From positions 139,034-203,033 of the forward strand of contig JAHFKV010000001.1 in NCBI GenBank assembly GCA_023245155.1: 64,000 nucleotides of DNA, given 5' to 3'. The stretch is from Candidatus Staskawiczbacteria bacterium (lineage in GTDB: Bacteria; Patescibacteriota; Minisyncoccia; Minisyncoccales; Staskawiczbacteraceae). Shown piece by piece: positions 42,806 to 51,999 of this stretch. Both the position numbers and the translations under genes were made by a program. The notes beneath the pieces are model-generated. The model searched no databases, had not been told where the DNA came from, and was given only the letters and a program-made list of their open reading frames with translations. Each line of letters begins with the position of its first letter. The first letter of the stretch is position 1.

Positions 42806-44446
42806 ATGCCTAAAAAGTATTTAAAGTTATTATTCCTTTTTGCTGTAATTGTTTTTTTGCTGTCAGCATTTCATCCCGCCTCGGCGCTTGAGGTAACTTA
42901 TCCAAACTTCAGCCAAAACGGTGGTGGGAGCCCTGTTAATAGCAACTCTCTGGTTGATTTTATAAAATATTTCTTTACGTTTTCCATAGCTGCTGCCGGG
43001 GTATTGGGAATATTAACCATTATCATTTCTGGCTTTCAGATATTAATATCGGGGGGCAGCCCCACCGCCATTGGCGATGCCAAAGAACGTATTGTAGGCG
43101 CCGCGCTGGGAATTGTTCTTTTATTTGCTTCGGTTATTATTATTAACACCATTAATCCAACTCTCGCAAGCCCCAGTCTTAGCGGGTTGCCACAGCAACC
43201 GCAACAGGGTGTTCTCTTAAATACTATTTATAATACAACCGTAACAGGGTTTCCCTATCCTCCAGTAGGCGATGCTATTACCACCATCAGCGCGCCTCAA
43301 AGCAGATCATGTATTATATCTAATGCGCCCGCCGGAACTCCGGCATCATGTGTGGTAGCTCAAGACAAGATAATCCCCAACCCTCTTAATAATCCAATTT
43401 TCCCCCAGGGCGACATAACGCTTGATGGCAAAAAAGCCTCGCTCTCCATTACCTATGTCTGCCCCGCCTGGCCAGGCCCAAACGTCCTTTTGTGGGTATA
43501 CAACAAAATAGACTTTCAATTAGACCGCTTGGCGAACGGTAATGATGATGTAAAAACGTATTCTTTGCCATGCAAAAAAATGGGCGAAGTTCCAGCAACG
43601 GTTACCTTGCCCGCAACGGTAAAGTCGTATAAGTGGGCGTATGAACAACCTGGCGTTTACTTTTATAAAACTAATAATTGCAGTGGGATTAGCTTGAATG
43701 TTCAAACTGAAAACGGAAGGGTGGCGCAATTTGACAACGAACCACGAGCCGATAGTCTTGGGGGCAACTTAAACCAGACGCCCCAATCAATGAGGATTGT
43801 AAATGGCCAAACCCAGCAATATGGAGTAATTTTGAATGAATTAGAGGGAGCGACAGGGGAATGCAGTTATCCTATTTTAAATACCCAAGTGCCCACTGGC
43901 AATGACTTTACCAAAGATGTTTGCGAACCAATACCAAATGTCGCTAATGGAAACCAAGGAGACCCTCGCTTTGCTTATGTCTTCCGAACCGCCGAACCAC
44001 GCAATAACTGGAGTTTCCGGTTTGAAAGCAACAGTATGTTTGTAAATGCAAATGAGGATGGTGGTTTTGTTGACAGGATTTGGAGTCTCCCGGGCGCATA
44101 TGGCGGAGATCTTAATAAGTGGTTTGATAATGTTAGAGGAGACGTAACTGACCAGAGTCATTGGCTTACTCGCGATGTTGAACCAATTGCAAATGAATGC
44201 GCTGATCCATGGCCGCCCTGCTTGTCCTTTACAAGATCTAATGGAAACTTCCGGCTGATTTTGTACACCTGGGATCAGTTTAATGAAGCTGACCACATAT
44301 GCCAAGTTTACACTGATCAAGAAAATAATTTCAGTGATGCAACCCCAAACCGCAAGCGCTGGGTTTTCAACGGCGGACGAACTTTTTATGATGTGATGAT
44401 TATTCCCATGCCCAACGCTGCAGCGGCCTCAGGCAGTGGCCCCTAA
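42806..44446 (+). CDS. pilin-like N-terminal domain fused to large secreted Cys-containing domain
   Basis: Signal peptide, then two TM helices joined by ISGGSPTAIGDAKERI (paralogous to 25552..25998), then about 420 aa of soluble domain. Confidence 0.5.
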   Translation: MPKKYLKLLFLFAVIVFLLSAFHPASALEVTYPNFSQNGGGSPVNSNSLVDFIKYFFTFSIAAAGVLGILTIIISGFQILISGGSPTAIGDAKERIVGAALGIVLLFASVIIINTINPTLASPSLSGLPQQPQQGVLLNTIYNTTVTGFPYPPVGDAITTISAPQSRSCIISNAPAGTPASCVVAQDKIIPNPLNNPIFPQGDITLDGKKASLSITYVCPAWPGPNVLLWVYNKIDFQLDRLANGNDDVKTYSLPCKKMGEVPATVTLPATVKSYKWAYEQPGVYFYKTNNCSGISLNVQTENGRVAQFDNEPRADSLGGNLNQTPQSMRIVNGQTQQYGVILNELEGATGECSYPILNTQVPTGNDFTKDVCEPIPNVANGNQGDPRFAYVFRTAEPRNNWSFRFESNSMFVNANEDGGFVDRIWSLPGAYGGDLNKWFDNVRGDVTDQSHWLTRDVEPIANECADPWPPCLSFTRSNGNFRLILYTWDQFNEADHICQVYTDQENNFSDATPNRKRWVFNGGRTFYDVMIIPMPNAAAASGSGP

Positions 44447-44904
44447 CGCGGCATAATAACCACCGACCGGCTTTCTCCCTCACCCTGGCTTTCGGTTGTC
44501 ACATCACTCCTGCCCGCCAATTCGGCGTGGACAATCCTGCGCTCATAAGAACTCATAGGGGGTAATGTTTTACTAATACCCGTTAAAGAAACCTGGTCAG
44601 CCGCCTGGCTGGCCATTTTTTTTACGTGTTCAGTTTTTTTAGTGTTATATTCATTAATATCCAGCTTTACGTAAAAAACTTTTCCCAACTTTTTGTGTAA
44701 CACTATTTTTAATAAACGCTGGAGGTCTAATAGGGTTTTGCCATCTTGCCCAATCAAAAATTGGGGCTCAGCAAGATCAATGCGCAAATCAACCGCGTCG
44801 GAAGCGGGCGAGGTTGCTTGCAGAGTAAAACCAATAACAGTCATCTTCGCCAAAAATTCTTCTACGGTTGCTTTAATCACCCCCAATTCTTCTTGGGTTA
44901 TCAT
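44443..44904 (-). CDS. Jag/KhpB-like RNA-binding protein (KH + R3H)
   Basis: C-terminal R3H motif SYERRIVHAELAG. yidC-jag synteny. Confidence 0.8.
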   Translation of the reverse strand: MITQEELGVIKATVEEFLAKMTVIGFTLQATSPASDAVDLRIDLAEPQFLIGQDGKTLLDLQRLLKIVLHKKLGKVFYVKLDINEYNTKKTEHVKKMASQAADQVSLTGISKTLPPMSSYERRIVHAELAGRSDVTTESQGEGESRSVVIMPR

Positions 44905-45623
44905 GGTTTTTTCATTTTTTTAAAGATAAAGTATTGTTGGAGAATAGAGAAAGCCCCGCTTACAATCCAATACAAACCCAGGGCCGAGGGTAAACGCCAT
45001 AAAATCACCACCGTAATAAATGGGAGAAAATACACCATTTGTTTTTGCATCATCGAGGTTATATCAGCTTCTTTGTTGCCTCCGGCAGTCTTGGCGGGCA
45101 TTAACATTTTTGTTTGGAAAAACTGCAACACTCCCGCCGCCAAGGCAAACCATAGGCTTGGTTTGGATAAATCTATCAACCCCATAAATACTGCGTTAAT
45201 GTGGAGCGGATTAGCCACAAAACCGTATAAATTAGCCAATTCAGAGGGTTTTAACCCTTGCCAGAATACCCGGTACAAGGCGATTAGTATGGGAATTTGG
45301 ACAATAGCTAAAAACAAACCGCTAAAAGGGTTAATTTTTTCTTTCCGATATATTTCAAGGGTTTCTTTGGCTTGTTTTTCTTTGTCGTCTTTATACTTTT
45401 TTTGGATTTCCTGGAGTTGGGGCTGCAAATTTTGCAAGGCTTTTTGCGAGCGCAAAGCCTTAACTGCAATAGGGTAAAGTATCAGCCGAATAAGAATGGT
45501 TAAAAAAATAATAGCTAAACCAAAATCATGTCCGGGTAAATAGTTGTATGCCAAAATAAGGGCATTAAAAAGCGGGCGATACAACAATACGGTATAAGGG
45601 ATGACGATAAAATCAAATATCAT
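44901..45623 (-). CDS. yidC: membrane protein insertase YidC (short form)
   Basis: 240 aa with five TM helices, GLAIIFLTILIRLILYP and the KSQKALQNLQPQLQEIQKKYK loop. rnpA-yidC synteny. Confidence 0.9.
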   Translation of the reverse strand: MIFDFIVIPYTVLLYRPLFNALILAYNYLPGHDFGLAIIFLTILIRLILYPIAVKALRSQKALQNLQPQLQEIQKKYKDDKEKQAKETLEIYRKEKINPFSGLFLAIVQIPILIALYRVFWQGLKPSELANLYGFVANPLHINAVFMGLIDLSKPSLWFALAAGVLQFFQTKMLMPAKTAGGNKEADITSMMQKQMVYFLPFITVVILWRLPSALGLYWIVSGAFSILQQYFIFKKMKKP

Positions 45624-45949
45624 AATGCATTGATTACCTTAGCCACAGTTTCTTTTATTTCGCTGAATTCTTTTTTTGTTGCGTTAGGCAAGGCAACAAA
45701 CACTACATCGGCGGTGGTTGACATCTTTTCTGTGGCCAAAAATGCGGCTTGTTGCAGCCGCCGCCTCACCTTGTTGCGCACCACCGCTTTTGCGGAAACT
45801 TTCTTGCTGACCACAAATCCAAACCGGCTATTTTTCGCTTGACCCTTCAATACTTTTACGATTAAAAAGTCTCTTTTAAAACCCTTACCGGCTTTAAACA
45901 CTGTTTCAAAATCTCTTTTTTTTGTGAGCCTATGGCTTTTAGGAAGCAT
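45620..45949 (-). CDS. rnpA: ribonuclease P protein component
   Basis: 109 aa, basic, with the VSKKVSAKAVVRNKVRRRL (RNR motif) region. rpmH-rnpA synteny. Confidence 0.85.
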   Translation of the reverse strand: MLPKSHRLTKKRDFETVFKAGKGFKRDFLIVKVLKGQAKNSRFGFVVSKKVSAKAVVRNKVRRRLQQAAFLATEKMSTTADVVFVALPNATKKEFSEIKETVAKVINAL

Positions 45950-45950
45950 A

Positions 45951-46085
45951 CTAGACGGTCAATCTCGTCCGCCCTTTTGCGCGCCTCCGGCTCACCACCT
46001 GTTTGCCATTTTTAGTTTTTTTGCGCTTTAAAAAACCGTGGGTACGCGCCCGTTTCTTCTTTTTTGGTTTATAGGTGAAGCTCAT
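45951..46085 (-). CDS. rpmH: 50S ribosomal protein L34
   Basis: [44 protein letters not shown], 44 aa. The 100-aa ORF in the track is an upstream extension. Confidence 0.9.
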   Translation of the reverse strand: MSFTYKPKKKKRARTHGFLKRKKTKNGKQVVSRRRAKGRTRLTV

Positions 46086-46204
46086 GGTTGTTTTTTTTAT
46101 TAATAGTATTGTATAATACCGTATTGTCAGCATAGCAAAAAAAATAACCTTGGTCAAACTCCGTTTTTTGTATTGTGCGTCTGACTGCAATTGACTAACA
46201 CACG

Positions 46205-46213
46205 TTATCCACA
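46205..46213 (+). promoter_or_regulatory. perfect DnaA box TTATCCACA (a second near-box TTAACCACA at 46216-46224)
   Basis: Exact consensus 9-mer in the rpmH-dnaA intergenic region. Confidence 0.7.
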
Positions 46214-46312
46214 GGTTAACCACAGCTGTGAGTATCTTCTTCTTATTTGACAAGCGACCGGTAAATAAGGAAAAATGATTTATTGTAATAATTTAAGGTA
46301 ATTTCTTTATCC

Positions 46313-47671
46313 ATGAACAATAGCGACCTTTGGCAATCAGTCTTAGCTCAAATGCAATTGCATATATCTAAAGCTAATTTTGCCACCTGGTTTCAAAACA
46401 CTGAAATTTCTGAAAAAGACAATGAAAAAATTGTCATTTCGGTTCCTAATGCCTTTTCTAAAGAATGGTTGAGCAATAAATACTATAAAATCATGCTCAA
46501 AACCATGCGGGATATAGATAACAGCATTAAAGAATTGGCCTTTGTCATAAACCCTCAAACCCTGAAGACCAGCTTACCCCAGTCCGTTAAAGAAAATGAA
46601 AAAATAGAAACAGAACAGTTAAAGTTTGATGAGTTTAAGATAAATAAAGAAACTAATCTTAACCCTCGTTATACTTTTGAAAATTTTGTAGTGGGTTCAT
46701 TTAATGATTTAGCCTATGCGGCGGGCTTGGCGGTTTCTGAAAACCCAGGATATGCCTACAATCCATTATTTATTTATGGAGGGGTTGGGTTGGGAAAAAC
46801 CCATTTAATCCAGGCTATTGGCAATAAAATCGCCAGCGACCCTAAAAAGAAGAAGGTGAAATATATCCCCTCCGAAAAACTGATATCTAATATCGTTGCG
46901 GCTATCAGGAGCAACACCATGGAGGCCTTTAAGGCCAGCCTTGCCCCAATTGATGTGCTGATTATTGATGATGTCCAATTTATTGCCGGAAAGATAAAAA
47001 CCCAGCAGGAATTTTTTCACGCCTTTAATTCTTTGTACGAAAAAAATAAACAAATCATCCTCTCGAGCGATCGCCAACCCAACGCCATCCCCGAACTTGA
47101 AGAGCGGCTAAGGTCCCGTTTTGAAGGCGGCATGATTATCGACGTCAGCTTACCCGACTACGAAACCAGATTGGTGATTTTAAAACAAAAACTTCAGGAA
47201 AAAAACGTTAAACTCCCCGAAGACATCTTAGAATATATTGCCTCAAACGTAAAAAAGAATGTGCGCGAATTAGAGGGGGCTCTCAACAGCCTTTTAATTT
47301 ACTATAAAATCAACAACTCTATTCCCACCCTAGAGGTGGCAAAAAAACTCCTTAAAAGCTTTATTTTCTCACCGTTCGACGTAACTAATTATAAAAAAAT
47401 CATTGAGACGGTCTCTAGGTTTTATAATCTTGAAGAAAAACACCTGTTTGACGTTACCCGCCGCAAAGAAATCGTAAAGCCGCGGCAAATTGCCATGTTT
47501 TTACTGCGCAAGGAATTAAAATATTCATTCCCTGCCATTGCCCGCAAGTTTGGCGGCAAAGACCACACTACCGTCATTTATGCATACAAAAAAATCCTTC
47601 GCGAGGTAGAAGAAAATAGCAAACTAACCGAAGAATTAAACTTAATTAAACAGCGGGTATATAGTGGATAA
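46313..47671 (+). CDS. dnaA: chromosomal replication initiator protein DnaA
   Basis: Walker A GGVGLGKTHL, Walker B LIIDDVQF, and C-terminal DNA-binding helix GGKDHTTVIYAYKKI. Confidence 0.97.
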   Translation: MNNSDLWQSVLAQMQLHISKANFATWFQNTEISEKDNEKIVISVPNAFSKEWLSNKYYKIMLKTMRDIDNSIKELAFVINPQTLKTSLPQSVKENEKIETEQLKFDEFKINKETNLNPRYTFENFVVGSFNDLAYAAGLAVSENPGYAYNPLFIYGGVGLGKTHLIQAIGNKIASDPKKKKVKYIPSEKLISNIVAAIRSNTMEAFKASLAPIDVLIIDDVQFIAGKIKTQQEFFHAFNSLYEKNKQIILSSDRQPNAIPELEERLRSRFEGGMIIDVSLPDYETRLVILKQKLQEKNVKLPEDILEYIASNVKKNVRELEGALNSLLIYYKINNSIPTLEVAKKLLKSFIFSPFDVTNYKKIIETVSRFYNLEEKHLFDVTRRKEIVKPRQIAMFLLRKELKYSFPAIARKFGGKDHTTVIYAYKKILREVEENSKLTEELNLIKQRVYSG

Positions 47672-47754
47672 CCTGTAGAATAAATCATAGAAAGCTGCAC
47701 AGTAAAAACTATACCAAAAGAACCCCAGCCCCAACCACTAGGCAAAAACACATA

Positions 47755-47763
47755 TTATCCACA
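47755..47763 (+). promoter_or_regulatory. perfect DnaA box TTATCCACA
   Basis: Exact consensus 9-mer. Confidence 0.7.
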
Positions 47764-47884
47764 ACTTATTATTAAAATAATTTACCTTAAAATAGCTAAG
47801 AGAAAAGCTAATAATATATTAAAAAAGCCACTACTAATAACAATAATAAGTTATTTAATATATTAATTACTATTATTATATAAT

Positions 47885-47893
47885 TGTGGAAAA
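47885..47893 (-). promoter_or_regulatory. DnaA-box variant (TTTTCCACA on minus strand)
   Basis: One mismatch to the consensus, 10 nt upstream of the dnaN start. Confidence 0.5.
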
Positions 47894-47902
47894 CCACATT
47901 AC

Positions 47903-49030
47903 ATGAAAATCGAAATATTAAAAGAAAATTTAAAAACAGCATTACTGGTGTGTGAAAAAGTGATTGGTAAGAACTTGTCGCTACCCATTTTAAATAATGT
48001 GCTTATTGATGCCCAGGACACTTTTTTGGGTTTAGTTTCAACCGACTTAGAGTCTGTTATTAAGTTTTGGGTGTTAACTAAAATTATTAAAAAGGGGAAG
48101 GTGGTGGTGCCGGCTAAATTCCTCTCTGGTTTTGTTTCTTCGTTGCCAAACCAAAAAATTACCCTGGAAACGATGGGCGAAGATTTAAAACTCGAGTGCG
48201 GGGCCATAAAAACTCAGGTGCGGGGCTTTAATTTAGAAGACTTCCCTATTATCCCCGAATTCAATAACGGTGATTTTTTAGAGGTAGACAATCAACTCTT
48301 TCTTGACGGCCTTGGCCAGATTATTGATGTGGCCTCACCATCTTCAACCCGGCCGGAAATTTCGGGAATTTATTTACATTTTTCTAAGAACACCATTACT
48401 ATTGCGGCCACTGACAGCTTCCGCTTGGCGGAAAAACACATTACCCTTGCCGGCCCCGTTAAAAAAGAGTTCTCATTTATCTTGCCCCAGAAACCAGCCC
48501 GGGACATCATTAGTATTTTAGGGGGCAAAGAGGGGTTATTAAAAATATTTTTTTCTGACAACCAAGTGTTGTTTGAGTTTCCCATGAAAGAGACCGCACA
48601 CCCTCAAGCTCAAATTACCTCCCGCTTGATTGAAGGCCAATACCCCAACTACCAAGATATTATTCCCGCCAAATTTAAAACCAGGATTGTAGTTGCTAAA
48701 GATGACTTTTTAAGCCAGATAAAAACCGCCTCGCTGTTTTCTGGGAAGGTTAACGAAGTGAAAATTTCTCTTAATGCGGAAAAACATCAAATGGAAATCT
48801 TTTCTAAAAGTCCCGATCTTGGCGAAAACATATCCACTATGCCTATAAAAATAGAAGGCGAGTCCATGGATGTTTCCTTTAACTATAAATACTTAATTGA
48901 CGGCCTCATGCAAATTAAGGGTTCTGAGGTGGCTTTTGATTTAAGCAAGGAGGAGGGGCCGTGCATTTTACGCCCCGTGGGTGATGCCAGTTATATATAT
49001 ATGGCTATGCCCATTAAATCAATGCAGTAG
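47903..49030 (+). CDS. dnaN: DNA polymerase III beta sliding clamp
   Basis: 375 aa with a three-domain clamp pattern (ATDSFRLAE, LIEGQYPNYQDIIP). dnaA-dnaN synteny. Confidence 0.95.
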   Translation: MKIEILKENLKTALLVCEKVIGKNLSLPILNNVLIDAQDTFLGLVSTDLESVIKFWVLTKIIKKGKVVVPAKFLSGFVSSLPNQKITLETMGEDLKLECGAIKTQVRGFNLEDFPIIPEFNNGDFLEVDNQLFLDGLGQIIDVASPSSTRPEISGIYLHFSKNTITIAATDSFRLAEKHITLAGPVKKEFSFILPQKPARDIISILGGKEGLLKIFFSDNQVLFEFPMKETAHPQAQITSRLIEGQYPNYQDIIPAKFKTRIVVAKDDFLSQIKTASLFSGKVNEVKISLNAEKHQMEIFSKSPDLGENISTMPIKIEGESMDVSFNYKYLIDGLMQIKGSEVAFDLSKEEGPCILRPVGDASYIYMAMPIKSMQ

Positions 49031-49052
49031 TGGAGCCGCCAGAGACGCTCCT

Positions 49053-51239
49053 TTAGGGTTGTGGTGGCTGAGGGGTTGGGTTGGTATAGCTTTGCACCGC
49101 TGCCTCCCAAAGCGGGTACATTGGGTCGCTGGCTGGGTTGTTAGGCGCAGACCCGGTTGGATTATTCCTATCAATATACTGTAAAATACTGTGGGGTGGG
49201 TCTTGGGTTGGATATTGGCCGAGTAAAATAGGATTGGTGGTTGAGGGCGCGGGATCGGGTTTAGTGAAGTTTTCTATGGGATGGGAGGTTAATAATTTTT
49301 CCATAACCTTCCTCCAAATAGGTGCGGCCAACCCAATGCCCGTTTTTTTATTCGTCGAAGCGTTGTTATTATTTCCCACCCACACGCCCACTGCTGCAAA
49401 TGGGCTGTAGCCCATAGTCCAGGCGTCGTTAAAATACTGGGTGGTTCCTGTTTTAGCCGCCACTTGATAGTCGTTGAAGTGTAAGGCATTGTTGACCCCA
49501 AAAATCGGAGCCCGGGCGTTATTATCTGAAAGCACGTCGTTGATTTGGCGCGCCACTTGGGTGCTCAGCACCTTGGTGGGTTCGCCTTGGTTCTGTTCAA
49601 TAATGTTGCCATTACTGTCTTCTATTTTTAAAATACTGACCGGATCAAATTTTTCACCTTCGGCTGCAAAAACCCCATAAGCTGAAGTCATCTCCAGCAG
49701 GGTTACTTCGCCCCCTCCCAATACCAGGGATAAACCATAGCGGTTGGGGTCATTTAAGGTGGTGATCCCTAAATCTTGGGCAGTTTTTAAGCTGTCTTTG
49801 AGCCCGGCCAAATACAATAATTCCACCGAAGGGATGTTAAGCGATTCATCAAGGGCGGATCGTAAAGATACTTTTCCCCGATATAGCCCATCGTAATCTT
49901 GGGGATTATAGCAGCGCGAACCATCGCTACCCACAACGCCGTTGCCATCGGGGTTGCAGTTGGAGTTAAATTCCGTTTTCACATCCCAAAGGACCGTATC
50001 GGGGGTGTAGCCCTTTTTAAATGCGGTTGCATACACAAAGGGTTTAAACGAAGAGCCCGGTTGGCGCTGGCCAAGAATAGCCACGTCGTAGTTTGGATCA
50101 AACAAACAACTACCATTAGTTTTCTTGTCGCATCCGGCCGGGTATGATTTTCCAAAATAATCTTTTGATCCTATCAGCGCCAATATTTCTCCGGTTTTAG
50201 GGTCAATCACTACCATGGCGGTGTTGTTGGCGTTAAACGAAGCGTTGGTTGCATCGGTATCCCGGACCACTTGTTCAGCATAGTCCTGTAAGTCCCAGTC
50301 CAGGGTGGTGTATACTTTCAGGCCTTTTTGCTGTAAAAAATCTGTTCCATATTTGTCTTCTAAATATTGCTTCACATACATGACAAAATGGGGAGCCTTA
50401 ATAGGCGCGGTTGATTCAGTAAAATTTAACACTTCCTTTTTGGCAACATCCTCTTGGGCCGTATTAATATACCCAAGCTCTTTCATTCTGCCTAAAATGT
50501 AGTCTTTCCGTTGCAGGAGCAGGTCTTTATGGGAGCCATATGGAGAATAATAGCTGGGGGCGGGGATGAGGGCGGTAAGGGCCGCAGCCTGGGCGAGAGA
50601 CAAATCAGAAGCGGGTTTGTTGAAATAGGTCTGGGCAGCTGCCTCGGCCCCATAAGCATTTTCCCCGAATGGGATTTTATTCAAATACCAGTCAAAGATT
50701 TGGTCTTTAGAGTACCGGCGCTCCAGCTCAATACTTAATACAATCTCTCGGATTTTACGGGCAATGGTCTTGTCTCGGCTAAGGTAGACCGACCTGATCA
50801 ATTGCTGAGTGATGGTGGAGGCCCCCTGGCTAGCCGATTGGAGCTTTAAATCAACCAAGAGAGACCTGATAATTGATGCTAGGTCAATGCCGCCGTGCTG
50901 ATAAAACCTGGCGTCTTCAGAGGCTAAGACTGAATGCTTTAAGTTGTCTGATATTTTATCAAAGGGAACAATAGATCGCTTTTCTTCGCCGTAAATATCA
51001 TACAGGAGCACCTTGCCCGTTCGGTCATAGATTTTTGTGGATTCAATAAAAGGGTTTTCGGTAAACTTTTCGGGCCGAGGCAGGTCATAGGTATAATAAA
51101 AAAATAAAAACAACAGCGCCGCGCATCCAAAGAGCAACAAAAAAAGCAGGTACTTACCAATGCGCAGAGCAATTTTCAGTTTAGGGGAATAAGAAGACAT
51201 GGTTGTATCGTCCCACAGTTTTTTAAGAAAATCAATCAA
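49053..51239 (-). CDS. class A penicillin-binding protein (PBP1A-type transglycosylase/transpeptidase)
   Basis: GT51 motifs EDARFYQHGGID and GASTITQQL. Transpeptidase motifs SSFKP and KTGTT. Pro-rich C-terminus. Confidence 0.9.
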   Translation of the reverse strand: MIDFLKKLWDDTTMSSYSPKLKIALRIGKYLLFLLLFGCAALLFLFFYYTYDLPRPEKFTENPFIESTKIYDRTGKVLLYDIYGEEKRSIVPFDKISDNLKHSVLASEDARFYQHGGIDLASIIRSLLVDLKLQSASQGASTITQQLIRSVYLSRDKTIARKIREIVLSIELERRYSKDQIFDWYLNKIPFGENAYGAEAAAQTYFNKPASDLSLAQAAALTALIPAPSYYSPYGSHKDLLLQRKDYILGRMKELGYINTAQEDVAKKEVLNFTESTAPIKAPHFVMYVKQYLEDKYGTDFLQQKGLKVYTTLDWDLQDYAEQVVRDTDATNASFNANNTAMVVIDPKTGEILALIGSKDYFGKSYPAGCDKKTNGSCLFDPNYDVAILGQRQPGSSFKPFVYATAFKKGYTPDTVLWDVKTEFNSNCNPDGNGVVGSDGSRCYNPQDYDGLYRGKVSLRSALDESLNIPSVELLYLAGLKDSLKTAQDLGITTLNDPNRYGLSLVLGGGEVTLLEMTSAYGVFAAEGEKFDPVSILKIEDSNGNIIEQNQGEPTKVLSTQVARQINDVLSDNNARAPIFGVNNALHFNDYQVAAKTGTTQYFNDAWTMGYSPFAAVGVWVGNNNNASTNKKTGIGLAAPIWRKVMEKLLTSHPIENFTKPDPAPSTTNPILLGQYPTQDPPHSILQYIDRNNPTGSAPNNPASDPMYPLWEAAVQSYTNPTPQPPQP

Positions 51240-51261
51240 AAACCCCGCGAACGGGGTTTTT
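51234..51261 (-). terminator. terminator after the yebC-ruvC-small ORF operon
   Basis: aaaaccccg/cggggtttt stem with a cgaa loop. Confidence 0.6.
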
Positions 51262-51263
51262 GA

Positions 51264-51425
51264 TTATTCTTCTTCTATGGGTTCTTCGGTATCATCGTCT
51301 TCAACGTCATCTTCTTCTTTTGATTCATCATCTTCCATTTTTTCTTCTTCGTCATCATCATGACTCTCATCAAGATCGTCGTCATCGGATAGGTTCATAG
51401 CGTTTTTTAAAAGATCCTCTTCCAT
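51264..51425 (-). CDS. 53-aa extremely acidic protein (not in ORF track)
   Basis: MEEDLLKNAMNLSDDDDLDESHDDDEEEKMEDDESKEEDDVEDDDTEEPIEEE. About two thirds of residues are D or E. Lies between ruvC and a hairpin terminator. Confidence 0.4.
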   Translation of the reverse strand: MEEDLLKNAMNLSDDDDLDESHDDDEEEKMEDDESKEEDDVEDDDTEEPIEEE

Positions 51426-51489
51426 TTGTTTTATGTGTGGTTAATTATATTTACTCACTTTTCCTATTATATTTTTTCACGAAGAGTTG

Positions 51490-51999
51490 TCAAGCCTTGA
51501 GCTTATCCACAACCAGGGCTGCGCACAAAGCTACTCCTAGCGCGTCAGCTGCATCATCTTTTTTTCGGTGTTTGCTTTTTCTATCCAGGTTGCCAAAGTC
51601 TAAAAGCTGCTTAGTCATTTCCTGTACCTGTTTCTTCTCGGCTCGGCCATAGCCCACCACCGTCATTTTCACCTGCAGGGGAGTAAACTCTACTATTGGC
51701 ACTCGCTCTTTGGCTGCAGCTAATAACACCACTCCGCGGGCCTGGCTCACCTGCATCACCGTTTTGGCGTTTTTAAAGAAGAACAAGCTTTCCACTGAAA
51801 CTTTGCCGGGTTTGTGCTCTTTAATTAACTTCTGAATTTCTGTATAAATATCAACCAGGCGTTGTCCCATGGTGTCACCCGGGTGGGTGGTAATGCACCC
51901 AAAATCAATCACTTTAGGCTTTTCATCCCGGTCTTTAGATTTTTCCAACACTGCAAACCCGGTTAGAGCCGTTCCAGGATCAATCCCTAAAATAATCAT
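51490..51999 (-). CDS. ruvC: crossover junction endodeoxyribonuclease RuvC
   Basis: MIILGIDPGTALTGFAVLE start and the DDAADALGVALCA C-terminal catalytic motif. Confidence 0.9.
   Translation of the reverse strand: MIILGIDPGTALTGFAVLEKSKDRDEKPKVIDFGCITTHPGDTMGQRLVDIYTEIQKLIKEHKPGKVSVESLFFFKNAKTVMQVSQARGVVLLAAAKERVPIVEFTPLQVKMTVVGYGRAEKKQVQEMTKQLLDFGNLDRKSKHRKKDDAADALGVALCAALVVDKLKA

Larger units (their letters stand above)
47672..47902. other. candidate oriC (DnaA boxes plus AT-rich unwinding tract) between dnaA and dnaN
   Basis: Perfect box at 47755-47763, near-box tgtggaaaa at 47885-47893, near-box agtggataa at 47663-47671, and an almost pure A/T tract at 47765-47884. Confidence 0.65.

Noticed and set aside
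46086-46253. 100-aa long form of the rpmH ORF
   Set aside because: L34 homology begins at [11 protein letters not shown] (46085). The upstream part covers the DnaA-box region and has no protein-like features.
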